Position numbers and translations under genes: made by a program | Shown: one piece after another, positions 37,701 through 50,305 of the stretch | Numbering within the stretch: the first letter of the stretch is position 1 | How the letters are laid out: each line of letters begins with the position of its first letter | Origin: Nemertoderma westbladi | Taxonomy: Eukaryota > Animalia > Xenacoelomorpha | Direction of reading: 5' to 3' | Assembly: GCA_032718475.1 (NCBI GenBank) | Contig: JAUCBJ010003164.1 | Location: 1 to 64,000, forward strand | Length of the DNA stretch: 64,000 nt | The notes under the pieces: generated by a model | Seen by the model: the letters and a program-made list of their open reading frames with translations, nothing else | Databases searched by the model: none | Told to the model about the DNA's origin: nothing

Positions 37701-40700
37701 GGCGTCCGGACTTCCGGGAGACTTTGGAACGGACAAATAGTCGGACAGACAAGTTTAATGGATGCCCAGATTTTCAGAATTCCGGCCAGTATTTTGGAGA
37801 AATTTGCCGGGAAATCCGGACATTTTGTCGGATTTTTGGATTTCCGGGCATTCCAGTGCCCGGGCGTCCGGACTTCCGGGCGACTTTGGAACGGACAAAT
37901 AGTCGGACAGACAAGTTTAATGGACGCCCGGATTTACAGATTTCCGGGCAGTATTTTGGACAAATTTGCCCGGAAATCCGGACAATTTGCCGGATTTTTG
38001 GATTTCCGGGCATTCCAGTGCCCGGGCGCCCGGACTTCCGGGCGACTTTGGAACGGACAAATAGTCGGACAGACAAGTTTAATGGATGCCCAGATTTACA
38101 GATTTCCGGGCAGTATTTTGGACGAATTTGCCCGGAAATCCGGACAATTTGCCGGATTTTTGGATGTCCGGGCATTCCAGTGCCCGGGCGTCCGGACATC
38201 CGGGCGACTTTGGAACGGACAAATAGTCGAACAGATAAGTTTAATGGAAGCCCGGATTTTACAGATTTCCGGGCAGTATTTTGGACAAATTTGCCCGGAA
38301 ATCCGGACATTTTGCCGGATTTTTGGATTTCCGGGCATTCCAGTGCCCGGGCGTCCGGACTTCCGGGAGACTTTGGAACGGACAAATAGTCGGACAGACA
38401 AGTTTAATGGATGCCTAGATTTTCAGAATTCCGGCCAGTATTTTGGAGAAATTTGCCGGGAAATCCGGACATTTTGTCGGATTTTTGGATTTCCGGGCAT
38501 TCCAGTGCCCGGGCGTCCGGACTTCCGGGCGACTTTGGAACGGACAAATAGTCGGACAGACAAGTTTAATGGACGCCCGGATTTACAGATTTCCGGGCAG
38601 TATTTTGGACAAATTTGCCTGGAAATCCGGACAATTTGCCGGATTTTTGGATTTCCGGGCATTCCAGTGCCCGGGCGCCCGGACTTCCGGGCGACTTTGG
38701 AACGGACAAATAGTCGGACAGACAAGTTTAATGGATGCCCAGATTTACAGATTTCCGGGCAGTATTTTGGACGAATTTGCCCGGAAATCCGGAAATTTTG
38801 CCGGATTTTTGGATTTCCGGGCATTCCAGTGCCCAGGCGCCCGGACTTCCGGGCGACTTTGGAACGGACAAATAGTCGGACAGACAAGTTAAATGGACGC
38901 CCGGATGTACAGATTTCCGGGCAGTATTTTGGACGAATTTGCCCGGAAATCCGGACAATTTGCCGGATTTTTGGATGTCCGGGCATTCCAGTGCCCGGGC
39001 GTCCGGACATCCGGGCGACTTTAGAACGGACAAATAGTCGAACAGACAAGTTTAATAGACGCCCGGATTTACGGAATTCCGGGCAGTATTTTGGAGAAAT
39101 TTGCCGGGAAATCCGGACATTTTGTCGGATTTTTGGATTTCCGGGCATTCCAGTGCCCGGGCGTCCGGACTTCCGGGCGACTTTGGAACGGACAAATAGT
39201 CGGACAGACAAGTTTAATGGACGCCCGGATTTACAGATTTCCGGGCAGTATTTTGGACAAATTTGCCTGGAAATCCGGACAATTTGCCGGATTTTTGGAT
39301 TTCCGGGCATTCCAGTGCCCGGGCGCCCGGACTTCCGGGCGACTTTGGAACGGACAAATAGTCGGACAGACAAGTTTAATGGATGCCCAGATTTACCGAT
39401 TTCCGGGCAGTATTTTGGACGAATTTGCCCGGAAATCCGGACATTTTGCCGGATTTTTGGATTTCCGGGCATTCCAGTGCCCAGGCGCCCGGACTTCCGG
39501 GCGACTTTGGAACGGACAAATAGTCGGACAGACAAGTTAAATGGACGCCCGGATTTACAGATTTCCGGGCAGTATTTTGGACGAATTTGCCCGGAAATCC
39601 GGACAATTTGCCGGATTTTTGGATGTCCGGGCATTCCAGTGCCCGGGCGTCCGGACATCCGGGCGACTTTAGAACGGACAAATAGTCGAACAGACAAGTT
39701 TAATAGACGCCCGGATTTACGGAATTCCGGGCAGTATTTTGGAGAAATTTGCCGGGAAATCCGGACATTTTGTCGGATTTTTGGATTTCCGGGCATTCCA
39801 GTGCCCGGGCGTCCGGACTTCCGGGCGACTTTGGAACGGACAAATAGTCGGACAGACAAGTTTAATGGACGCCCGGATTTACAGATTTCCGGGCAGTATT
39901 TTGGACAAATTTGCCTGGAAATCCGGACAATTTGCCGGATTTTTGGATTTCCGGGCATTCCAGTGCCCGGGCGCCCGGACTTCCGGGCGACTTTGGAACG
40001 GACAAATAGTCGGACAGACAAGTTTAATGGATGCCCAGATTTACCGATTTCCGGGCAGTATTTTGGACGAATTTGCCCGGAAATCCGGACATTTTGCCGG
40101 ATTTTTGGATTTCCGGGCATTCCAGTGCCCAGGCGCCCGGACTTCCGGGCGACTTTGGAACGGACAAATAGTCGGACAGACAAGTTAAATGGACGCCCGG
40201 ATTTACAGATTTCCGGGCAGTATTTTGGACGAATTTGCCCGGAAATCCGGACAATTTGCCGGATTTTTGGATGTCCGGGCATTCCAGTGCCCGGGCGTCC
40301 GGACATCCGGGCGACTTTAGAACGGACAAATAGTCGAACAGACAAGTTTAATAGACGCCCGGATTTACGGAATTCCGGGCAGTATTTTGGAGAAATTTGC
40401 CCGGAAATCCGGACATTTTGCCGGATTTTTGGATGTCCGGGCATTCCAGTGCCCGGGCGTCCGGATTTCCGGGCGACTTTGGAACGGACAAATAGTCGGA
40501 CAGACAAGTTTAAAGTCATTTTGAGAGTTTTCCCGGAAAAACAGACATTTTGGTCGGATTTCCCGACATCCGGGCATCCTTTTGCCCGGACGTCCGGACA
40601 TGCGGACGTCTGGGCGACTTTGGAACAGTCAAATATGCCGACAGAAATGTTTACTGAACGCCCAGATTTGCCGAATTCCGGACAGTCATTTTGACAGTTT

Positions 40701-41000
40701 GCCCGGAAATACAGACATTTTGGTCGAATTTCCGGACATCCGGGCATTCTAGTGCCCGGACGTCCGTATATGCGGATGTCTGGGCGACTTTAGAACAGTC
40801 AAATAAGCAGACAGAAAAGTTTACTGAACGCCCAGAGTTACCGAATTCCGGACAGTCATTTTGACAGTTTGCCCGGAAATACAGACATTTTGGCCTGATT
40901 TCCGGGCGTCCGGGCATCCTTGCGCCCGTATATCCGGACGCCCGGGCGACTTTAGAACAGTCAAATAGGCAGACAGAAACGTTTACTGGATGCCCCGATT
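31790..41000. repeat. 162-bp satellite array, copy 2 (~9.2 kb)
   Basis: Same monomer. It has 649-bp and 648-bp 4-mer HORs (36798/37447/38096 and 38728/39376/40024) and extra diverged monomers at 40512-41000. Confidence 0.98.
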
Positions 41001-42153
41001 TTGATGCCCAAATATTGGTGTTTAATCTCAAATTGCAAGGGGGGGGGGGGGTTGTCACGAATCTAATCTCCGCTAATTACAGTAATATCTCATCTCGTCG
41101 AATAAGAGATGTAACTTATCAATTAAGGGGTAGGTGCTGGTTATAATGGCACGTTATTCTAACCAAAACAATAAACATTTACACAGTTACAGTTACATTT
41201 TTGCGAGTAATCAATAATTGTTACAGTATTTGCTACGGTTTCCCCCTTAAAAGGGTTAAATTTTGGTTGCGTCGAGAACACCAACACTACCTCCACCACT
41301 CGCCACTCCAGAGTCATTTCAAACCGAAATTTATTCGCCAAAAAATACTTGTCTTGAATAATTCTTGACATTAAGTTTAATAACGACGAAGGCCAGCCCT
41401 AACTAACAAGCACAATACGGTTATGACAATACAGTTACGTAAAGATATTATTAGCCAAGCAAATAATGACGTAACACTGTGACACGTTATTATTATTGCA
41501 CAAAGAATGACCAACCCAAAATATGGCTTGTCTTCAAAGTGAACGCCATTTAGATCACGCTAACTACTTACTGTATACTCTCGGAGAAACATTAATAATT
41601 AGTTTAATTAATTTATAAATTATTAATTAAATTGAAACAACTGAGTTTATAATTAGAATTTAATAAATGTATTTAAACGAAATATAACATTACATATATG
41701 TGCAAAATGCGCAGAGAAAATATACCGATACTGTAGCGCACGAAAGACTCAAAGAAAAATTAAAAAAATACAGATTGATGGTTAAAATAAACCAAAATTA
41801 TAAAACGAGGGTGGGCTACAATTTTAAGGATCGTTAAATACAGTATGGTTGTTACTCGTCAGTAACATGAAATGGAATAGAAACACAACGCAATTCAGTG
41901 TTCCATACCAAAAAATATCAACCAATTACATTTTAACACGTAAATAAATACCGACTTTTGTGTCTATTTGTGCTTAATATGAGTGACAGCTACAGATAAA
42001 TAATAAAATTACACCCAAATATTTACTGTGTTCGTTGCAGCCATATAACAGTATTATGAAGCCATTGACGTCAGCAACATTACGAGAATGTATTAATACT
42101 GTCAAACTATTAGGTAAGGATATCACTTTCGCTTTTCCCTTTAGATCACCTGT

Positions 42154-44540
42154 CTATCTCAGACTGCCTCTGTGGTGTGGGGATGCGTAATCCTCCACGA
42201 TTGGTTGTTGTTCCACTGAGTAGAACTGGTTGTTATAAGGTTCGGGGTTGTAGGCTTCACTCTGAACATAGTTCGAGCTGTCCTGCCCAACTGTACCGTA
42301 GGATTTCGCCGCACCGTCTAGCTTATCTTTATTATCTAGAATTATAATGAAGTCATTAATAGAAACTAATTGATACACTACTGTAGGGGTAAATTTATCG
42401 TACCGCGCCAACTAGCGGTGGTTGTATGCACCGGATTGCATCGCAAGGCAGCCATTATGGGGCGAGCCATGTACTAGTTCAAAAGTATTAACTAGAGTCA
42501 TATTCTTTCCAAAACTCTAACTAAATGAGGATACATTTAATACCCTCTCTAGCTTATTTATGATGGTGTATCTGTATCCTGCTCTTTTCATTTTCTTTTA
42601 CTTTTTCTTCTTTCAACTTTTTTTTATTTGAAGGTTCTTCTGTCACTTTACCTTCAGTAATTTACCAACAATTAATTATTGAACTACTATTGTGATTTCA
42701 CTACAAACTGGTTATATTTTACATTTTATATAATCGCATTTACCTAGGCAGGTATCTTTCTCATCGGCCCAAGGTTGTTTCTCACCAGACGCGAATACCC
42801 CGTAGAATATGATCCCGGCGTAGTGGACTGTAGACGCTATGATAAACACACTTTGCCATTCCAACGCCATCTAGAGGAAGACAATTAATAGGGTAGTAAT
42901 TAATTAAGGATTTATAATATTGAAAGTATCTGTGCATCATGATTTTAAATAACTTTAATTGAACTTAATATACTTATACTTTTTTAATAAAACAACATTT
43001 TAATGTTAATTTCTGTTTTGATATTTCTTCCGAAAAAAAAAACAATAAAAATGTTGATTTAATATAACAAAAACATTTAATAACGCAATCGCATCGTACC
43101 TTGTGTTTGGTGAGCAGACCAACAACCATGGGACACACCATCCCGGATAAAGTTCCGACCCCGTTAGAGATACCCATTAGTATGCTAGCGAACCGGGGAG
43201 CAATGTCAAGGTGGTTAACGTTGAATCCTGAGGACATATATAATCATAAAAATACAAGTTCAAAGAAATTAAACTAAATGTTGCAAAATTATTAATGAAA
43301 AAATTTACAAAGATAATTAATCAAGAAAAACGTAATATTATTAATCCCAAATGCTAAAACTAATTTAAGGATGTAATATAATTAATGGTTTTGTTCAGAA
43401 ATGGAAAAAATGAGAAAGCGCGTCACCGGGGGTTGAAAACTACAGTAATTAAACACGACATCTCAATAAATCACTGTCTAGACACCTACCGCGCCATTCT
43501 AACGTACCTGCGGTAATTAAATTTCCCATTATTGTCATTCATATTAACATTATTTAGGTTAAATTGAGTGAAAAACATGTTATCAATGGGTAGGATGCCA
43601 TAAAAACACCATAATTATAGTAAAAGTTTATATTTTTGGTGTGTAAAATAATTATAGAAAAAGTTTTAAGATTGCAGTACACGGTGTGGTGTGGAAGTTA
43701 GGCAGTCCTATTCCATATGAAACCGAAAGTTTGTTATGAATTCTGTACCGTATTGACTATTATGTCACAATACTGTGGGGCGAGCCACGAAAGTAAACGA
43801 ACTTATAATACGGGTACCACTATCTGCTTGGCGGTCGGTCGGTCGCCCGGTCTTTCTGTCTGTCGGACTTATCATTAACTGCTTTATTCTCAGGAACTCC
43901 GCACTTTCTTAAAACGTTGTAGGACTGAACTATGAAAAATGTTTAGAAAGTCTGACAGACTTGAAGGTCATCGGTCCGCAGTTCTCCAGTATGCCGCTAG
44001 AGTGCAAAATATTTGAAGTTGAAAAACTTCCACCGTTTTATTTTTATTTTAAATAGTTCAAACTTGGCATATATGTACTAGAAAACTGGCTGCTTCATTG
44101 TGAGGCGGTACTCCGTCTCCACTTCTAATGTTTCGCTCTCGGGATCGAGATGTCTGAAAGTGAAACCCTTCTCTTATTTCGTTATTTGTTATACGTTAAA
44201 ACCGCCTAGTGGAACTAATTCTTTTGCTATATTAATAATAAATTGTAACAGAATAATACGGTTACAGCAGGCCTATATATTAAAAAAAACTCTTACCCGA
44301 TATGGCAAATCCACTAAACCCTACAGCCATGGTCAGGCAGGTTATAGCTGTTGTGCGGTCTCTTGTCATGGCAACACCCAATAGGAAACTAGCCTCCATA
44401 CCGAAACCGCCGCAGTTGAAGATCTTTCGAACGGCCGTGGTTGATAAAATACCGCGCGATCGCAGAAAATCCGCCATGTATCCACCGATAGGAACCAAAA
44501 TCGCCATTACAAGATGGGGTAGGGCCGAAAGGATACCAAT
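42154..44540 (-). CDS. VGLUT: VGLUT last four coding exons, copy 3
   Basis: Exons 44540-44297, 43227-43100, 42870-42744 and 42335-42154. Same peptide, with one synonymous Leu change (CTG>CTT) seen at about 43208. Confidence 0.9.
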
Positions 44541-46556
44541 CTGTCGTGAAAGAATACATTATATCAATAAATTATGTAGGAAAGGGAAAGTCCAAAGCAT
44601 TAATAAATCTATTGTTAGATAACGAGTTTGTATTGTTGGTTGGACCTGTTAAAGTGACCAAATGGAATCAAAAGACAAAGAGGTTACGATCTGAGTATAT
44701 ATTTCGGGCAACAGCCCTTTATCAACTCATAATAATATATTGTGGTTCTGGAAATGTGATACAAAGTTGCCAAGTGATCTACTTAAATTTGTGCACAAAA
44801 AATTCGGATTTGATAAGATTCGAACACACGGCTTCTAGCTGATAAGTCGAACGGCTCTCCGTTACACGTTACAACACTATTGGTACAAGTTAAACACGAA
44901 ATATCGGAGACAACCTGAAATCTACTCTCTCTTGGCTGTTACATGTAAAGCGGAAATCGCACACTCTACAGTAACTTATACGGATGCAGAGCACCTTAGT
45001 AGCTACCCAATGCCAATTCCGCCCGCAAAATAAGGTGCCCATATCGATGGTTAGACACCAAGTTACGAAACGAACACTACGTGTACTCATAGACATAGAC
45101 TCACCTGGGACACAAAACGGGCACTGGCCATAGACTCACCTGGGACACAAAGGGGTACACTGGACTGGGCATAGACTCACCTGGGACACCATTAATGCGA
45201 CGTCTCTATAATAAAGCAGATAATATTTAGGCCTATGAATAAACAAACTATAATAATACTGGAATACAAAACTAAACACTAAATAGGGTAACTAACTAGA
45301 AAGTCAAGGTTAAACCAAACCGAATGAATATAATTCAAAGCCGGTTGGTTGAAAGCATATTATATTGATATGAAGACACAAGAGTATTGTTATTGACTTC
45401 GCAATACAAAGTAATAATTATATGTCTGGAGGGAGGAATGACCCCGTGCCTTTGAATAATAGCCGACCCACTGACCGGCATTGCAATTAATAATAAAAAT
45501 GCTTCTACAGCTACGGTACTGTACAGCCAATAAGAACATTGAATATTAGTTGAAGGCAATGGCTGTATGAATAGCCGCGTTAAGTTAAACTGCAACAGAG
45601 GTGTATGTAAAGTGAAAGAAATAGGCCACAGTCACTCAGGTAAGCAAGCCTGAATGAGATGATGAGTATGACAAGGGCTTGAAGTATTGGCTATCCCGCC
45701 CATAAACTATGTAACTGTATGATATTTCGTCTTAATTCCCGCTTTGAGGTTCTGAAGGATGAGTTGATTCCACTTTTTAGCTGTTATTTAGGTGAAACAA
45801 AAGATAAGAAGAGGACTTAAAGGAACACTTTATATTTTCACTTAATTAACAGCAGAAATATTTTGGAATTGAAGTTATTAATTTTTGTAGATAACTTTCT
45901 CCAGAAATGTGTGAAAGACAATTTTGAAAATCAGCGAGATTTTGTGAAAGTGTCTTTAAAAAATGAGTGTAAGTCAGCCAATGGGCATAGCTGAATCGAC
46001 ATTATGTTTTTTTTGTAATAACGCGCCATAGAATAACATGGAGTAACTATGACAATACCATGGTAAGGGCCAGTCCTTAGCATATAAATAATAATTGTCT
46101 CTAGCGGCTGCACCCCCCCCCGGCCGTCTCTCTCTGCTGCCTCTAGCGTCGGTAGTAAATTCATACTGTGCCACGTGGTGGTGTGTAACACTTTTCCTAT
46201 TGTAAGTACAATGAATGTGGTAGGGATGGATATGGATAAGGCAATAATTATTCTATCATAGGAGAAGGGGAATATTATATGTTGATGTGGGCAGGGAATA
46301 ATGCCGGTGGTTGGGTTATATTGTTAAAGTAATGAAAAGTTTAAAGGTCTGTATGTTCGGTTCTTGTGGATGAAAAATGCTGAATTAAATTTCTTTAGAT
46401 TCACTGTAAATTGATCTTTCTATTCATACCAAGAACTAACAATCAGAATCAAGAATAACCTTATTTGAAAAATTAATTATTTATATATGCTGCGGTATGC
46501 AATGCCATTGGTTTCAATATCGATTACAATATCAATATCGGTTATTGGTATTGGTT

Positions 46557-49500
46557 ACTGGTACTGCTACTTGTACTTGTACTTGTACTTGTACTTGTAC
46601 TTGTACTTGTACTGGTACTTGTACTGGTACTTGTACCTGTACTTGTACTTGTACTTGTACCTGTACTTGTACTTGTACTTGTACTTGTACCTGTACTTGT
46701 ACTTGTAATTGTGCTTGTGCTTGTGCTTGTGCTTATGCTTGTGCTTGTACTTGTACTTGTACCTGTACTTGTACTTGAACTTGTACTTGTACTTGTAATT
46801 GTACTTGTACTTGTATTTGTACTTGTAATTGTGCTTGTGCTTGTGCTTGTGCTTGTGCTTATGCTTGTACTTGTACTTGTACCTGTACTTGTACCTGTAC
46901 TCTTACTTGTACTTGTACTTGTAATTGAACTTGAACTTGTAATTTTACTTGTACTTGTACTTGTACCTGTACTTGTACTTGAACTTGTACTGGTACTTGT
47001 ACTGGTACTTGTACCTGTACTTGTACTTGTACTTGTAATTGAACTTGAACTTGTACTTGTACTTGTACTTGTACTTGTACTTGTACTTGTACTTGTACTG
47101 GTACTTGTACTGGTACTTGTACCTGTACTTGTACTTGTAATTGAACTTGAACTTGTAATTGTACTTGTACTTGTACTTGTACTTGTACTTGTACTTGTAC
47201 TTGTACATGTACATGTACTTGAACTTGTACTTGTACTTGAACTTGTACTTGTACTTGTACTTGTACCTGTACTTGTACTTGTACTTGTACTTGAACTTGT
47301 ACTTGTACTTGTACCTGTACTTGTACTTGAACTTGTACTTGTACTTGTAATTGTACTTGTACTTGTATTTGTACTTGTACTTGTACTTGTACTTGTACTT
47401 GTACTTGTACTTGTACTGGTACTTGTACTTGTACCTGTACTTGTACTTGTACTTGTACCTGTACTTGTACTTGTACTTGAACTTGTACTTGTACCTGTAC
47501 TTGTACTTGTACTTGTAATTGTGCTTGTGCTTGTGCTTGTGCTTATGCTTGTGCTTGTACTTGTACTTGCACTTGTACTTGTAATTGTGCTTGTGCTTGT
47601 GCTTGTGATTGTGTTTGTGCTTATGCTTGTGCTTGTACTTGTACTTGTACTTGCACTTGTACTTGTGCTTGTGCTTGTGCTTGTGCTTGTGCCTGTGCTT
47701 GTACTTGTACTTGTACTTGCACTTGTACTTGTGCTTGTGCTTGTGCTTGTGCTTGTGCCTGTGCTTGTGCTTATGCTTATGCTTGTGCTTGTACTTGTAA
47801 TTGTACTTGTACATGTACTTGAACTTGTACTTGTACTTGAACTTGTACTTGTACTTGAACTTGTGCTTGTGCTTGTACTTGTACTTGCACTTGTGCTTGT
47901 GCTTGTGCTTGTGCTTGTGCTTGTGCCTGTGCTTGTGCTTATGCTTATGCTTGTGCTTGTACTTGTAATTGTACTTGTACATGTACTTGAACTTGTACTT
48001 GTACTTGAACTTGTACTTGTACTTGTGCTTGTACTTGTACTTGCACTTGTACTTGTGCTTGTGCTTGTGCTTGTGCTTGTACTTGTACTTGTACATGTAC
48101 TTGAACTTGTACTTGTACTTGAACTTGTACTTGTACTTGAACTTGTACTTGTAATTGTGCTTGTGCTTGTGCTTGTGCTTGTGCTTGTGCTTGTGCTTGT
48201 GCTTGTGCTTATGCTTGTACATGTACTTGAACTTGTACTTGAACTTGTACTTGTACCTGTACTTGTACTTGTACTTGTACATGTACTTGTACATGTACAT
48301 GTACTTGAACTTGTACCTGTACCTGTAGTTGTACTTGTACTTCTAATTGTACTTGTACTTGTACTTGTACATGTACTTGTACCTGTACTTGTACTTGTAC
48401 TTGTACTTGTACTTGAACTTGTACTTGTACTTGTACCTGTACTTGTACTTGTACTTGTACTTGTACTTGAACTTGTACATGTACATGTACTTGAACTTGT
48501 ACCTGTACCTGTAGTTGTACTTGTACTTCTAATTGTACTTGTACTTGTACTTGTACTTGTACTTGTACTTGTACTTGTACATGTACTTGAACTTGTACTT
48601 GAACTTGTACTTGTAATTGCACTTGCACTTGTACTTGTAATTATACTTGTACTTGTACTTGTACTTGTACTTGTACTTGTACTTGTACTTGTACTTGTGC
48701 TTGTAATTGTGCTTGTGCTTGTGCTTATGCTTGTTCTTGTACTTGTACTTGTACTTGTGCTTGTGCTTGTGCTTGTGCTTGTGCTTGTGCTTATGCTTGT
48801 TCTTGTACTTGTACTTGTACTTGTACTTGTACTTGTACTTGCACTTGTACTTGTAATTGTGCTTGTGCTTGTGCTTGTGCTTATGCTTGTGCTTGTACTT
48901 GTACTTGTACTTGTACTTGCACTTGTACTTGTAATTGTGCTTGTGCTTGTGCTTGTGCTTGTGATTGTGTTTGTGCTTATGCTTGTGCTTGTACTTGTAC
49001 TTGCACTTGTACTTGTAATTGTGCTTGTGCTTGTGCTTGTGATTGTGTTTGTGCTTATGCTTGTACTTGTACTTGTACTTGTACATGTACTTGTACTTGA
49101 ACTTGTACTTGAACTTGTACTTGTAATTGTGCTTGTGCTTGTGCTTGTGCTTGTGCTTGTGCTTGTGCTTGTGCTTATGCTTGTTCTTGTGCTTGTGCTT
49201 GTGCTTATGCTTGTTCTTGTACTTGTACTTGTACTTGTAATTATACTTGTACTTGTACTTGTGCTTGTACTTGCACTTGTAATTGTGCTTGTGCTTATGC
49301 TTGTTGTTGTACTTGTACTTGTACTTGTACTTGTACTTGCACTTGTACTTGTAATTGTGCTTGTGCTTGTGCTTGTGATTGTGTTTGTGCTTATGCTTGT
49401 ACTTGTACTTGTACTTGTACATGTACTTGAACTTGTACTTGTACTTGCACTTGCACTTGTACTTGTACTTGTACTTGTACTTGTACTTGTACTTGCACTT

Positions 49501-50296
49501 GTAATTGTGCTTGTGCTTGTGCTTGTTCTTGTACTTGTACTTGTACTTGCACTTGCACTTGTACTTGTAATTGTGCTTGTGCTTGTGCTTGTGCTTGTGC
49601 TTGTGCTTGTGCTTGTGCTTGTACTTGTACTTGTACTTGTACATGTACTTGAACTTGTACTTGAACTTGTACTTGAACTTGTACTTGAACTTGAACTTGT
49701 GCTTGTGCTTGTGCTTGTGCTTGTGCTTGTGCTTGTACTTGTACCTGTACTTGTATTTGTACTTGTACTTGTACTTGTACTTGAACTTGTACATGTACTT
49801 GTACCTGTACTTGTACTTGAACTTGTACTTGTAATTGTACTTGTATTTGTACTTGTACTTGTACTTCTAATTGTATTTGTACTTGAACTTGTACTTGTAA
49901 TTGAACTTGAACTTGTAATTGTACTTGTACTTGTACATGTACATGTACTTGAACTTGTACTTGTACTTGAACTTGTACTTGTACTTGTACCTGTACTTGT
50001 ACTTGTACATGTACTTGTACTTGTACTTGTACTTGTACTTGAACTTGTACTTGTACTTGTAATTGTACTTATACTTGTATTTGTACTTGTACTTGTACTT
50101 CTAATTGTACTTGTACTTGTACATGTACTTGAACTTGTATATGTACTTGTACTTGAACTTGTACTTGTACTTGAACTTGTAATTGTACTTGTACTTGTAC
50201 ATGTACTTGAACTTGTACTTGAACTTGTACTTTTACTGGTACTTGTGCTTGTTCTTGTACTTGCACTTCTATTTGTAATTGTACTTGTACTTGTTG
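46557..50296. repeat. GTACTT hexamer satellite tract, copy 3 (~3.7 kb)
   Basis: Directly visible, with the 6-bp register kept throughout (1224-aa spurious ORF). Confidence 0.98.
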
Positions 50297-50305
50297 TATT
50301 TTTTA

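Larger units (their letters stand above)
22143..41080. repeat. Tandem segmental duplication unit, copy 2 (18.9 kb)
   Basis: Same organisation, plus a 1.07 kb Penelope-like insertion and a longer 162-bp array. Confidence 0.95.
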
